Below are positions 9,160 through 19,246 of a stretch of DNA of 64,000 nt, one piece after another; within the stretch, counting starts at the first letter, position 1, and each line of letters opens with the position of its first letter. A program made the translations under genes and the position numbers. Under the pieces are notes generated by a model. That model was not told the origin of the DNA and did no database searches. It saw nothing but the letters and a program-made list of their open reading frames with translations. The DNA comes from Patescibacteria group bacterium. GTDB taxonomy: Bacteria; Patescibacteriota; Patescibacteriia; UBA11705; DATKZF01. Location: the NCBI GenBank assembly GCA_049319825.1, contig JBMORT010000009.1, positions 3,349 to 67,348 of the forward strand. The letters are read 5' to 3'.

Positions 9160-10548
9160 ATGAATATTGACTTAAATAAAATAAAAAAGGTATATCTCTG
9201 CGGCATCGGCGGCATCGGCGTATCGGCGCTGGCCCGCTATTTTTTGAATTTGGAAAAAGAAGTTTGTGGATCAGACGCGGCGCCTTCTGAAATTACCAGG
9301 GATTTGGAAAGCAAAGGCATCGTGATTAATCAATCTCAGGACGCCAGCAATATCTCGTCTGATATTGATTTGTTCATCTTCTCGTCGGCGGTACCCGAAT
9401 CAAACCCGGAGCGGCAAAGAGCGAGCGAATTGGGAATTGCGGAAATCAGTTATAATGATTTTTTGGGTTGGTTGTCCGGCCAATATGATACGGTGGCGGT
9501 TTGCGGCACCAATGGCAAAACCACCACAACCGGCATGACCGCCGGCATATTGATCGATGCCCGGCTAGATCCGACGGTGGTCATAGGCTCAAATTTACCA
9601 AGGATAAAGGGGAATTTTCGGCTTGGTCAAAGCCCTTGGCTGGTGCTTGAAGCTTGTGAGTATCGGGAGCATTTTCTGAAGCTGTCGCCAAAGGCGGTTG
9701 TCATCACCAATATCGAAGAGGACCATTTGGATTATTTTCGGGATTTAAACCACATTATCGCCGCGTTTCAAAAATTTATCGATAAATTGGAGAAAGAAAA
9801 TGATATTTTGGTGATCAATAAAGATGATGAGCATTCAAAAAAATTGATTATGCCCAAATGTCAGGTGGTCACATACGGTTTTTTGGAAGATGCCGACGTT
9901 CAGGCGAGCAATTATCGCATCGAAGAAGGCCGTCAGCGTTTTTCCGTCAGCTATCTGGGTAATGACTTGGGCGAGTTCGAATTGATGGTCGCCGGAAAAT
10001 TTAACGTGTCCAACGCGCTGGCGGCAATCGCGTTGGCGCTAAAATTAAATATTAGTTTGGCCGATATCAAAAAGTCCTTAGCCAATTTTTCCGGCGCGTG
10101 GCGTCGTTTGGAGGTGATCGGGAAAAATCCGCTGGTCATTTCCGATTACGCCCATCACCCCACGGCGGTGGAAGTTACCAGAAACGCCGTAGATGATTTT
10201 TATCCCGGGAAAAGAAAAATTATCGTTTTTCAGCCGCACCAGCATAATCGAACCAAGAAGCTGTTTGATGAATTCGTGCAGAGTTTATTGCCCAGAAATC
10301 AAGACGAATTGATAATCGTGTCCGAAATATACGACGTTCGCGGCCGAAAAAGCAAGGAAGACGAAAACATCAGTTCTGAAAATCTTGTCCAGGCGATAAA
10401 TGGGAAAAAAAACCCGGATCTGGGCGAAGTTATCTATTCTCCAAACCTTGAATCGACGCTCGGATTGATTCGAAAAAAAGTTAATCCGGATGATTTGGTG
10501 CTGGTGATGGGGGCAGGCGATGTTTATGAATTAGTTGATAAGATTTAG
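9160..10548 (+). CDS. murC: UDP-N-acetylmuramate--L-alanine ligase
   Basis: N-terminal GIGGIGVSALA, Mur ligase P-loop GTNGKTTTTGM, 462 aa. Confidence 0.9.
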   Translation: MNIDLNKIKKVYLCGIGGIGVSALARYFLNLEKEVCGSDAAPSEITRDLESKGIVINQSQDASNISSDIDLFIFSSAVPESNPERQRASELGIAEISYNDFLGWLSGQYDTVAVCGTNGKTTTTGMTAGILIDARLDPTVVIGSNLPRIKGNFRLGQSPWLVLEACEYREHFLKLSPKAVVITNIEEDHLDYFRDLNHIIAAFQKFIDKLEKENDILVINKDDEHSKKLIMPKCQVVTYGFLEDADVQASNYRIEEGRQRFSVSYLGNDLGEFELMVAGKFNVSNALAAIALALKLNISLADIKKSLANFSGAWRRLEVIGKNPLVISDYAHHPTAVEVTRNAVDDFYPGKRKIIVFQPHQHNRTKKLFDEFVQSLLPRNQDELIIVSEIYDVRGRKSKEDENISSENLVQAINGKKNPDLGEVIYSPNLESTLGLIRKKVNPDDLVLVMGAGDVYELVDKI

Positions 10549-10703
10549 AAGGCAGGAGAAGGCATAAGGAGGCTGAAGAAGGATACGTAATAAAGAAGTA
10601 GAGAGGGCAGCCCTGTTTGCCTTCTTTACCTCTTTACCCCATAGCCCTATCACGCCTTCTCTAGCCCCCTTAAGCCTTCTTTCGAATATGATATAATAGT
10701 AGT

Positions 10704-11657
10704 ATGCTAAACAAACTCAAAGAAAACCTACTAGGCATTGAAATACTGGAAAACGAGCCGATGGCCAAGCACACCACTTTTCGGGTGGGCGGGCCGGCCG
10801 AGTATTATTGCGAGGTTAATAACAAAGGGGATTTATATAAAGTTTTATCGACCGCGAGGAATTTGAAGCTGCCGTTTTTTATTTTCGGCGGCGGCAGCAA
10901 TATTTTGGTGACTGACAATGGAATCAAGGGAGTGGTTATTAAATTAGCTGAAGGCGAAATCGATATCAGCGGCAATCGGATAAAAGTTTTCTGCGGAAAT
11001 AATCTGCGACGCCTGATTCTGACGGCGGTTAATAAAGGCTTAGCCGGTTTGGAGTTCGCGGCTAATATTCCCGGCACCGTGGGCGGCGCCATCCGCGGCA
11101 ATGCCGGCGCGTATGGCAAAGGCGTGGGCGAATTCATCGAACAAGTCGAAGCGCTGAATATCGGCACTGATGAAGTGCGGCTGGAAATTTTTTCCAAAAA
11201 TGAATGTGATTTCGATTATCGGCACAGCATGTTCAAAGAACGATCGGAGCTGATAATCGCCGAAGCGGTTTTTACTTTACGGGAAAGTCCAGCTGACATT
11301 GACGAAAGATTGAAGTTGATTGAAGAAGAATTGCGGGATCGCCAGTTAAAGCAGCCGTACGAATGTCCGAGCGCCGGCTGTTCATTTAAGAACTTGGTTT
11401 ATAAGCCGGAATACAAAAATTTAAAGGCCTGGGAAATCCACGGCAAAGTGCCGGCTGCCAAGCTAATTGAAGAAGCCGGCCTGAAAGGCCGGCGCATCGG
11501 CGGAGCCGAAGTTTCGGAAAAACACGCAAATTTCATTTTCAATAGTGACAAAGCCAGCGCGCATGATATAATGGAATTGATGGAGCTGGTTAAAAATGAA
11601 GTGAAGGAAAAGTTCGGCGTGGAGCTGGAAGAAGAAGTGCAGCGGGTCGGTTTTTAA
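10704..11657 (+). CDS. murB: UDP-N-acetylenolpyruvoylglucosamine reductase
   Basis: FAD-binding start FRVGGPAEYY...GGGSNIL and the C-terminal MurB domain, 317 aa, immediately downstream of murC. Confidence 0.9.
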   Translation: MLNKLKENLLGIEILENEPMAKHTTFRVGGPAEYYCEVNNKGDLYKVLSTARNLKLPFFIFGGGSNILVTDNGIKGVVIKLAEGEIDISGNRIKVFCGNNLRRLILTAVNKGLAGLEFAANIPGTVGGAIRGNAGAYGKGVGEFIEQVEALNIGTDEVRLEIFSKNECDFDYRHSMFKERSELIIAEAVFTLRESPADIDERLKLIEEELRDRQLKQPYECPSAGCSFKNLVYKPEYKNLKAWEIHGKVPAAKLIEEAGLKGRRIGGAEVSEKHANFIFNSDKASAHDIMELMELVKNEVKEKFGVELEEEVQRVGF

Positions 11658-11808
11658 AAGAAGTGCAAAGAGTAAGACTCAAAGTGTAAAATTTTAGAGT
11701 TGCTCACTCGCTCGCTCGCAACATTTTATAAAAAAATATAAACGTCCGCGTAGCGGACACCAAATTTTTGCATTTTGCATTTTGCATTTTAACTTTTAAC
11801 TTAAATCT

Positions 11809-12111
11809 ATGCATATCAACATCAAATCAACCAACATGGACCTCACCGCCGCGATCAAAGATTATGTTTTCGAAAAAGTCGACAGCCTGGAAAAATTTTT
11901 TTCCGGCGTACTGCAGGCCGATGTGGAAGTCGGTAAAACCTCTAAGCATCATCAAAAAGGCGATGTGTTTTTCTGCGAAATCAATCTGAGCGTGCCTAAA
12001 ACATTGCTGCGGTCAAGAGAAGAAATGGATGATTTATATAAAGCCATCACCAAAGCAAAGGACAGGATGCAGCGGGAATTGAAAAAGTATAAAGAGAAAA
12101 ACAGTTTTTAA
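11809..12111 (+). CDS. hpf: Ribosome hibernation promoting factor / RaiA family
   Basis: 100 aa. MHINIKSTNMDLTAAIKDYVFEKV...ADVEV is a typical HPF/YfiA start. Confidence 0.8.
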   Translation: MHINIKSTNMDLTAAIKDYVFEKVDSLEKFFSGVLQADVEVGKTSKHHQKGDVFFCEINLSVPKTLLRSREEMDDLYKAITKAKDRMQRELKKYKEKNSF

Positions 12112-12140
12112 TCTCTTGATAATAAAAAGCTGTAAATTAG

Positions 12141-12162
12141 GCCGTCAACGGCCTTTTTTTAT
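12141..12162 (+). terminator. Rho-independent terminator after hpf
   Basis: GGCCGTCAACGGCC hairpin followed by TTTTTTT. Confidence 0.8.
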
Positions 12163-12224
12163 TGTGGGACTTGCTTTTTATGTAAAAAAATGTTAATAAA
12201 TAATGAGTTAAAAAGGAGGAGACC

Positions 12225-12782
12225 ATGGACGATGTTAAAATACGGTTCGGTTTGTCTGATGAACTGGCCAAGTCAGGGGTATGGCAAAGCGTTTGGACGG
12301 ATGTATTGGCCTACGCTTCGGGGTTTCCTTTCGAATGCGTTGGCGACCACAAGCAGGCATGGTTCACGCTGAACCTTAACGGCGATGAATTTTGCGTATC
12401 GCTTAATCGTAATTTTCAAGATTTGTCATGGTTTATGGAGCAGTATTTGCGCAGGAGCCGGATGCCCGATGTTTTTTACGTTCGTCTTCTGGCCGCGTTC
12501 AGCGAGTTTGCCGAACAAGTGATGAAGACAATGCGGATTTTGGTGCTGACCTCGGCAGTTGATTTGCCGGAAAATGCCGAAGCGGAAATTATGATAGGCG
12601 CGGCAACGCGATTGGCCAGAGCCACGGGCAAAGGTTATCTGCGATTTTACGGGATGAGATGCGTGCGTCATGACCCGCGGACTTTGGTGTTTATCTGCGC
12701 CCATCCCGAACTGTATGAAAAAGTAAATCCTTATTTTGTAAGGTTAAACGATGATGGCTGGAAATTCAGTTTATTGTCGTGA
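12225..12782 (+). CDS. Hypothetical protein
   Basis: 185 aa ORF with an SD-like AAAGGAGGAG upstream. No recognisable motif. Confidence 0.5.
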   Translation: MDDVKIRFGLSDELAKSGVWQSVWTDVLAYASGFPFECVGDHKQAWFTLNLNGDEFCVSLNRNFQDLSWFMEQYLRRSRMPDVFYVRLLAAFSEFAEQVMKTMRILVLTSAVDLPENAEAEIMIGAATRLARATGKGYLRFYGMRCVRHDPRTLVFICAHPELYEKVNPYFVRLNDDGWKFSLLS

Positions 12783-12942
12783 GCGGCTTCACTGAGCTGC
12801 TTTTTATTTTAAGTTAAAGTCAAAAATCAAAAGGCAAAGTCGGACAGAAAAGTTAAAAAGTTCTATCGTTGGATTAAAAATTTTTAACATTTCCTTTTTT
12901 AACTTTTGACTTTATTGATAAAATGACCTAGTATACATTAAT

Positions 12943-13422
12943 ATGAAAAAAATAATTTTTATCGTTTTAATTTCAGCTTTAATTTTATCTGGTTGCGCCA
13001 AGCCGGCTGATCCGCTGGCCGGCCGAAGCGATAAAGAAGTCGCCGCCTGTCAACTAATTCAAAAATTCGTGGTTTTTTATAGCGCCGACACCGAACAGGC
13101 TTCTTGGGTCGCTTGTGAATTCGTCGAGGGATCCGTTTATTTTCCCACCGATGACCGCTGGGTAGCCATATCGCCCAAGCCATCGAGCGAGCATCCGAAT
13201 TATCATACCTATCTTAGAAATGTTCAATATCGAAAAGAACAGGGGATAGAAGCGCCGGCTTCGATATTGCTAGTAGATCCCTCTAACCAAATAATCATGG
13301 ATCCGGGCATCGCTGATCCGCAAGCCGGCAGGTTTTTCAGGCTGGGGGAAAATGATCTATTCGAGCGGCCGACAACAGATGAAATCAAGGCGATTTACGG
13401 GGAAGAGATATTGAATCAATAG
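12943..13422 (+). CDS. Putative lipoprotein
   Basis: Signal peptide with lipobox LILSGC, 159 aa. Confidence 0.55.
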   Translation: MKKIIFIVLISALILSGCAKPADPLAGRSDKEVAACQLIQKFVVFYSADTEQASWVACEFVEGSVYFPTDDRWVAISPKPSSEHPNYHTYLRNVQYRKEQGIEAPASILLVDPSNQIIMDPGIADPQAGRFFRLGENDLFERPTTDEIKAIYGEEILNQ

Positions 13423-13621
13423 TAAAAAAGAAATAGTAAATAGTGATAATTAGGAATATTTTATTATATTTATTATGTATCTTTACTATTTACGCTTTTT
13501 ACTGACGCTCCGTATTCAATTTTTATGCTCAACAATCAGCCAAATCATGGCTGTTTTTTATTGACAATATCGTCCCATTGCGCTATAGTGTGATATCACT
13601 GGAAAAAGGAGAACACATGAC

Positions 13622-13999
13622 ATGAGGCACCGGCGTAAAGACCAAGTTTGGGTAGTTACCGATTCTTTAATTGTAGTCCGCTGTTTTATCAGAGATATTG
13701 ATGATTTGGAATATCGGAAAAACAATGAACGTCCAATTTTATATCGGCTGGATGAAGCGGCGTTTGGCTGGGTTTCAGAAGATATTCTGCATGGGACGCG
13801 GGAAAACGCCGTTGCTTTCGCTCAGGAGCAAATGAAAAATAGCCACGCTGAATTGAAAATCGAAACACTGGATGAATTCCGTTACCGAAAGCTGTTCGCC
13901 GCCAATCGGGCAAAAGGATTGCCCGCGCCGAGCTTGGACGACGTGTCTCGTCCAATCAAGCGGCTGGGCGCAGACTGGTTTTATGCGGAAGAAGACTAA
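13622..13999 (+). CDS. Hypothetical protein
   Basis: 125 aa ORF, no motif recognised. Confidence 0.4.
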   Translation: MRHRRKDQVWVVTDSLIVVRCFIRDIDDLEYRKNNERPILYRLDEAAFGWVSEDILHGTRENAVAFAQEQMKNSHAELKIETLDEFRYRKLFAANRAKGLPAPSLDDVSRPIKRLGADWFYAEED

Positions 14000-14069
14000 G
14001 ATGAATAACCGCCAAGCAATAAAATTTGCGAGGCGGTTTTTAATTATAATCAATTTTATCTACGGCAAT

Positions 14070-15047
14070 TTATTGTTTCTTCTCCATGTCTACGGCTAAG
14101 GGGTGGCCGGCGCCGCAATCGAGTTCGGATAAGTCAGAATAAAAATTTATTTCGTATGATCCGTTTTCTCTCTTTATAATATTGCCGGTTTTTTCACCTT
14201 CGCCGGAATACAGTCTGATCCAATTCGCTTCGACGACGGTGACAATGAAAGACGCTTCGCAGATGTGGTCCGTCAGGTAGAGAGCATTCCAGGTGGCGCT
14301 GAGTATGCCGTCCGAATCCGGTTTGACGACCAGATCTGCGGCGATGGCCTCATTTGGCGATTCATAGCTGCCCACGAAATTTTGATATGCGCCGATATAT
14401 TTTTTCAGGCATTCGGCGTTTTCGCAATTTTCATTGAAATAATTTTGCCAAGCATAAAGATCTTCAAAGGCGCTGGATCGCCAATCAAGCACCGCGGTAT
14501 TGTATATCGACCAGCCGTTAGGCCCCTTTTTATAACCTTCATTGAGAATGATTATTTCGTTATCCTGATCAGCGTCAAGATTAGTGAACATCACTGAGGC
14601 GATTTTAATATTATCAACAGTTTGGTTGTCGAATTGATTGAGATCGGGCAAACTCAGCTGTTTGTATCCGGTTTTTTCTTTAATCAACGCTTTACCGGCC
14701 CAACGGCAATGAAAACAGTCTTTTTCTTTATAAAAAAATAAAATGGCTTCCGACCAAGGGCCAAAACTCCCTTTGAGCACTTGGTGTTCAAATTCATACC
14801 CATCCGGCAAATATTGGGTGGCTATTTCCTGGATTGTCGGTTCGACCGTTTGTGTGTTTATCTCTGGTTCCGTCGTAGCTGTAGAGGTTAACGGATCCAA
14901 GATGATATTTTGATTTTCATTTTGTATAGATTCAACGCGATTTAGCTTTTGGAGAAATTTCCAGCCGAAATAGACCCCGGCGGCCAAAAGCAAAGCGATA
15001 ATGATAAGAAAAAAAATAATTAGCGCGCGATTTGATTTTTTTTCCAT
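14070..15047 (-). CDS. Membrane-anchored hypothetical protein
   Basis: 325 aa. N-terminal TM LIIFFLIIIALLLAAGVYFGW and a Cys-containing extracytoplasmic domain. Confidence 0.55.
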   Translation of the reverse strand: MEKKSNRALIIFFLIIIALLLAAGVYFGWKFLQKLNRVESIQNENQNIILDPLTSTATTEPEINTQTVEPTIQEIATQYLPDGYEFEHQVLKGSFGPWSEAILFFYKEKDCFHCRWAGKALIKEKTGYKQLSLPDLNQFDNQTVDNIKIASVMFTNLDADQDNEIIILNEGYKKGPNGWSIYNTAVLDWRSSAFEDLYAWQNYFNENCENAECLKKYIGAYQNFVGSYESPNEAIAADLVVKPDSDGILSATWNALYLTDHICEASFIVTVVEANWIRLYSGEGEKTGNIIKRENGSYEINFYSDLSELDCGAGHPLAVDMEKKQ

Positions 15048-15203
15048 AAAACGATAAATTAATTAATTATAGTTTAGCATTGATTATTAAATTAAAAAAG
15101 ATTGAAAAGTCGCTTTTTTGGTGATAATATATAACAAGTGCGACCAGCCTTCGCCAAGGCTTCGGCTGGCAGGTTGAGTATGTAGATTATAATTCCAGCT
15201 TCC

Positions 15204-17996
15204 ATGCCTAAAAACCAACTTCCAAAAAAATATATGTCAATATTATCAAAAATTTTCGGCGATCCGAATCAAAAAGAAATCAATAAAATAATGAAAGTGG
15301 TTGAGCAGATAAATCAGCTCGAGCCGGAATTTAAAGCGCTTTCAGATGCTGATTTGAAAGCGAAGACTTCGTATTTTAAAAGTCAATTAAAGGACGGAAA
15401 AACACTGGATGATATTTTGCCCGAAGCCTTCGCCGCGGTCCGCGAAGCTTCCAGCCGGACTTTGGGCCAGCGTCATTATGATGTCCAGCTGGTCGGCGCG
15501 ATGGCGCTTTACCGAGGACAAATCGCGGAGATGAGAACCGGTGAAGGCAAGACGTTGACCGCGACCGCGGCTGTATATTTGAACGCGCTCGCCGGCAGGG
15601 GCGTGCATTTGGTGACTGTCAACGATTACTTGTCAAGAAGAGACGCGGTCTGGATGGGGCAGGTTTATAATTTTTTGGGACTATCCGTCGGTTGTCTGCA
15701 GCACGAGAAAGCATTTTTGTATGATGAAAATTTTCTCGGCGAACAAGCGACCGATGAAAAAAGAGACGAAGCGGGATCATATAAAATTCAAGAAAAATTT
15801 TTGCGGCCGGTCGCCAGAAAGGAAGCCTACCTGGCTGACATAACCTACGGCACAAATAATGAATTCGGTTTTGATTTTTTGCGGGACAACATGGTTTCCG
15901 ATATGGAAAACAAGGTTCAGCGTCCGCTTCATTATGCCATTGTCGACGAAGTCGACTCGATATTGATCGACGAAGCCCGGACGCCGCTGATAATATCGGC
16001 TCCAGCCGAAGAATCGGCCGATCTTTATCAAAAATTCGCGCGGCTTGTTCCCCGGCTTATTGAAAACGAGGATTATAATATCGATGAAAAAATGAAAGCG
16101 GCTGCCTTAACGGAAAACGGCATTAACAAAGTCGAGCAATTGATGGGCATTGGTAATTTTTGGACCGAAGGCGGCATGATGTTGGTTCATCATCTTGAGG
16201 AAGCATTAAAAGCGCACGCTTTATTTAAAAAAGATCGTGATTATGTCGTCAAGGACGGGGAAGTGGTGATCATTGATGAATTCACCGGTCGATTGATGGA
16301 AGGCCGTCGTTACTCCGAAGGATTGCATCAAGCTATCGAAGCTAAGGAAGGGGTGGAGGTGAAAAAAGAAAGTCGGACGCTGGCAACTATAACTTTTCAA
16401 AATTATTTCAGAATGTATAAAAAGTTGTCGGGTATGACCGGCACCGCAGAAACCGAAGCGGAGGAATTCGGTAAAATATATCATCTCGAAGTTTTAGTTA
16501 TTCCCACCAATAAGCCGATGATCAGAGAGGATAAACCTGATCGGATTTTTGCTACGGAGCTGGGTAAATTCAAGGCGATCGTCAAAGACGTCAAAGAGCT
16601 TCATGCAAAAGGACAACCGGTTTTGATCGGCACCATTTCCATTGAAAAAAATGAGATGCTCAGCCGTTTCTTAAAGCAGGCTGGCATTCCGCATCAAGTT
16701 TTGAACGCTAAAAATCACGAAAAAGAAGCGCAGATAATTGCTCAAGCCGGTAAAGTCGGGGCGGTAACGGTTGCGACCAACATGGCCGGTCGCGGCGTTG
16801 ATATCATTTTGGGCGGCGCGCCGTTTGATCAAATTGAACACGATAAAGTCAGCGCGCTTGGGGGCTTATTCGTATTGGGCACGGAGCGCCATGAATCCAG
16901 GCGCATTGATAATCAGCTACGCGGCCGATCGGGCCGCCAAGGCGATCCCGGCCGCTCGCAGTTTTATGTCTCCACCGAAGACGATCTGATGAGAATATTC
17001 GGGTCTGATCGAGTGAAGTCGATTATGCAGACACTGCGGGTGCCGGAGGATATGCCGATTGAAAACAGAATGATCAGCCGCGCGCTTGAGAAGGCGCAAA
17101 TTCGGGTTGAGGGCTATCACTTCGACATCCGAAAACATTTGGTTGAATATGACGATGTCATGAATAAACAACGTGAATATGTTTATCGGCGGAGAGATTC
17201 TATTTTAAAAACTTTTCAGCAGAACCCGGCGCACCTATCCGGGATGATCACAGAAATGATCAGCGCGGAAATCGAGCAAGTGGTAACCTTTCATGCCGCC
17301 GATCCCGACCAATCCAAGTGGAACATGAAAGAAATCGCGGAAACCTGCAAAACAATTTTCCCAGTCCCGGATGATTTAGCGCATCAATTGGCCAGCTTGG
17401 AAAAGCTGGCCGGAGATCGAGACAGCGATGTCGCGGCCCGAACGGCCATAATTGAGCATTTGGAGAATATTTTTAAACAGGATTACGCCAGGCTGGCTGA
17501 ACAGATAAATGAGTCGGGCAAAGCGCTCGAGATTGATATGCATTCGGTGGAAAAAGAAATATTGGTCCGCAGCATAGATAATTTATGGGTCGATCATCTG
17601 GACGCGATCGACAGTCTCCGCACAGGCATTGGCTTGCGAGGCTATGGTCAGCGCGATCCGTTGATTGAGTATAAAAGAGAAGCGCGGTTGATGTTCGACC
17701 AGCTGTTGAACATGATCAATCAGCAAGTCGTTTACAGTATTTTTAAGGTCGGCTTGATGCGCGCCGGCACCCGTGGCATCATGGATCGCGACAATGCCAC
17801 CTACGATGCGCCGGCAAAGGATTCGTCAGCTGCCGCATTGAAAAACAGAATGGGTGATCCGTACCAGCAGGCCAAACGGCAAGAAGTTCGGGCGGCCGGC
17901 GACCGAGTGAAAGACGCTTCGGGGAAAAAGGTCGGTCGAAACGATCCGTGCCCCTGCGGCTCTGGCAAAAAGTATAAAAAATGTTGCATAAAATAA
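15204..17996 (+). CDS. secA: Preprotein translocase ATPase SecA
   Basis: 930 aa. DEAD-like motor motifs (MRTGEGKTL, DEVDSILIDEARTPLIIS) and a C-terminal zinc finger CPCGSGKKYKKCC. Confidence 0.95.
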   Translation: MPKNQLPKKYMSILSKIFGDPNQKEINKIMKVVEQINQLEPEFKALSDADLKAKTSYFKSQLKDGKTLDDILPEAFAAVREASSRTLGQRHYDVQLVGAMALYRGQIAEMRTGEGKTLTATAAVYLNALAGRGVHLVTVNDYLSRRDAVWMGQVYNFLGLSVGCLQHEKAFLYDENFLGEQATDEKRDEAGSYKIQEKFLRPVARKEAYLADITYGTNNEFGFDFLRDNMVSDMENKVQRPLHYAIVDEVDSILIDEARTPLIISAPAEESADLYQKFARLVPRLIENEDYNIDEKMKAAALTENGINKVEQLMGIGNFWTEGGMMLVHHLEEALKAHALFKKDRDYVVKDGEVVIIDEFTGRLMEGRRYSEGLHQAIEAKEGVEVKKESRTLATITFQNYFRMYKKLSGMTGTAETEAEEFGKIYHLEVLVIPTNKPMIREDKPDRIFATELGKFKAIVKDVKELHAKGQPVLIGTISIEKNEMLSRFLKQAGIPHQVLNAKNHEKEAQIIAQAGKVGAVTVATNMAGRGVDIILGGAPFDQIEHDKVSALGGLFVLGTERHESRRIDNQLRGRSGRQGDPGRSQFYVSTEDDLMRIFGSDRVKSIMQTLRVPEDMPIENRMISRALEKAQIRVEGYHFDIRKHLVEYDDVMNKQREYVYRRRDSILKTFQQNPAHLSGMITEMISAEIEQVVTFHAADPDQSKWNMKEIAETCKTIFPVPDDLAHQLASLEKLAGDRDSDVAARTAIIEHLENIFKQDYARLAEQINESGKALEIDMHSVEKEILVRSIDNLWVDHLDAIDSLRTGIGLRGYGQRDPLIEYKREARLMFDQLLNMINQQVVYSIFKVGLMRAGTRGIMDRDNATYDAPAKDSSAAALKNRMGDPYQQAKRQEVRAAGDRVKDASGKKVGRNDPCPCGSGKKYKKCCIK

Positions 17997-18033
17997 CTAT
18001 AATAGGCAACAATTAAGCCATTAACGCAAATTA

Positions 18034-18061
18034 ACACTTCGGTTATTCCGAAGTGTTTTTT
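18034..18061 (+). terminator. Rho-independent terminator after secA
   Basis: CACTTCGGTTATTCCGAAGTG hairpin followed by TTTTTT. Confidence 0.75.
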
Positions 18062-18215
18062 GTTCTCTTATATTGTTGGCTATTATGGCTCGATATGTCT
18101 GCCGCACGATTTAATGAGGCCTCTGGCCTCGATTATCAACCTCCTGATAATCATCCGTGCGACAGATATATCGAAAAATAATAATCGACATGCTTGTCGA
18201 AAAAAAGGAGGAAAT

Positions 18216-18377
18216 ATGACGTTCAAACAAAAATTCGGCTATTCGTGGAAAAACAATGTCGAGGGGCGACGAATGACCGCCAAGCAGTGGTTATGGGATT
18301 TCGTTAAGTCGATAACGTGTTGCGTTATCGTGTTCGGCATAATCCTGCTGATAGTCATTTGGAGACGTAATAAATAA
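18216..18377 (+). CDS. Small membrane protein (first gene of the phage block)
   Basis: A strong SD AAGGAGG sits 6 nt before the ATG at 18216. A C-terminal TM is CCVIVFGIILLIVIW. Confidence 0.4.
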   Translation: MTFKQKFGYSWKNNVEGRRMTAKQWLWDFVKSITCCVIVFGIILLIVIWRRNK

Positions 18378-18400
18378 TTCGGCGACTTAGCTGTTCGCCG

Positions 18401-19246
18401 ATGAAAGGAGAAAACAATATGCGTTTACTTAACACGGGAGATCCGCAAGCAAAGCCTCCGGTGGTAATGCTTGTGTATGGCGAGGGTGGTGTCGGCAAGA
18501 CGACATTCACTTCCACGGCGCCAAAGCCGATTCTCGCCGATTGCGAGGGTGGGTCAAAGTATTTCGGCTTGCGAGGCATTTCGATGGACGTGGCCATGAT
18601 CGAGGGCTGGTCAGACATGAAGGATTTTTTAGAGCTGGCCAAAGGAGAAAAGTATGAAACGGTCGTGATTGATCCGATTGGCGAGCTTATGGACAAGCTC
18701 AAGAGATTCATGGTCGCCAAAGGTGATTCAAAATTGGTTCAAAAAGACGGGAGCCCGACAATGGCCGGCTGGGGCTGGCTAAAGAAGACGATGAGAGATT
18801 ATATCAAAGTCTTGCGAGATTCGGGCAAGCACGTGATCATCGTCGCTCACATCGACGAAAAATTCGACGAAGACAAAATGGTCAAACGGCCAATGATCGA
18901 AACCAAGATCAGCACGGAGCTGGTGAATATGGTTGATGTCGTGGCCTACATGACAGTCATCACGAATAACGGGGAAGACAAGAGAGTGTTGGTCGTCGAT
19001 CCGTCAAATGACAAATACACGGCCAAGGACCGGACCGGACAATTGGGCAAATACATCGAGCCGGATTTCACGAAGATTATTCATGCATGTCAAGGAACAA
19101 AAACTTTTTCGTGGTCGAAAAAAACCGAGAAAAAGGTTGAAAAAGTTGAGAAAAAAGAGGAAACTCCCCGGCCTACGGCCAAAGAAGAATTGCAAAAAAA
19201 GATTGAAAAATTAAAGAAAAAGGAGGTTGTATGTCCGAAAAAATAA
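18401..19246 (+). CDS. Phage RecA-like/Sak4-type P-loop ATPase with a K/E-rich tail
   Basis: Walker A GEGGVGKTTF and Walker B VIIVAHIDE. The SD is GAAAGGAG. Confidence 0.65.
   Translation: MKGENNMRLLNTGDPQAKPPVVMLVYGEGGVGKTTFTSTAPKPILADCEGGSKYFGLRGISMDVAMIEGWSDMKDFLELAKGEKYETVVIDPIGELMDKLKRFMVAKGDSKLVQKDGSPTMAGWGWLKKTMRDYIKVLRDSGKHVIIVAHIDEKFDEDKMVKRPMIETKISTELVNMVDVVAYMTVITNNGEDKRVLVVDPSNDKYTAKDRTGQLGKYIEPDFTKIIHACQGTKTFSWSKKTEKKVEKVEKKEETPRPTAKEELQKKIEKLKKKEVVCPKK

Noticed and set aside
15387-17171. Multiple 70-90 aa ORFs antisense to secA
   Set aside because: They are embedded in a highly conserved, confidently called gene and are typical antisense shadow ORFs.
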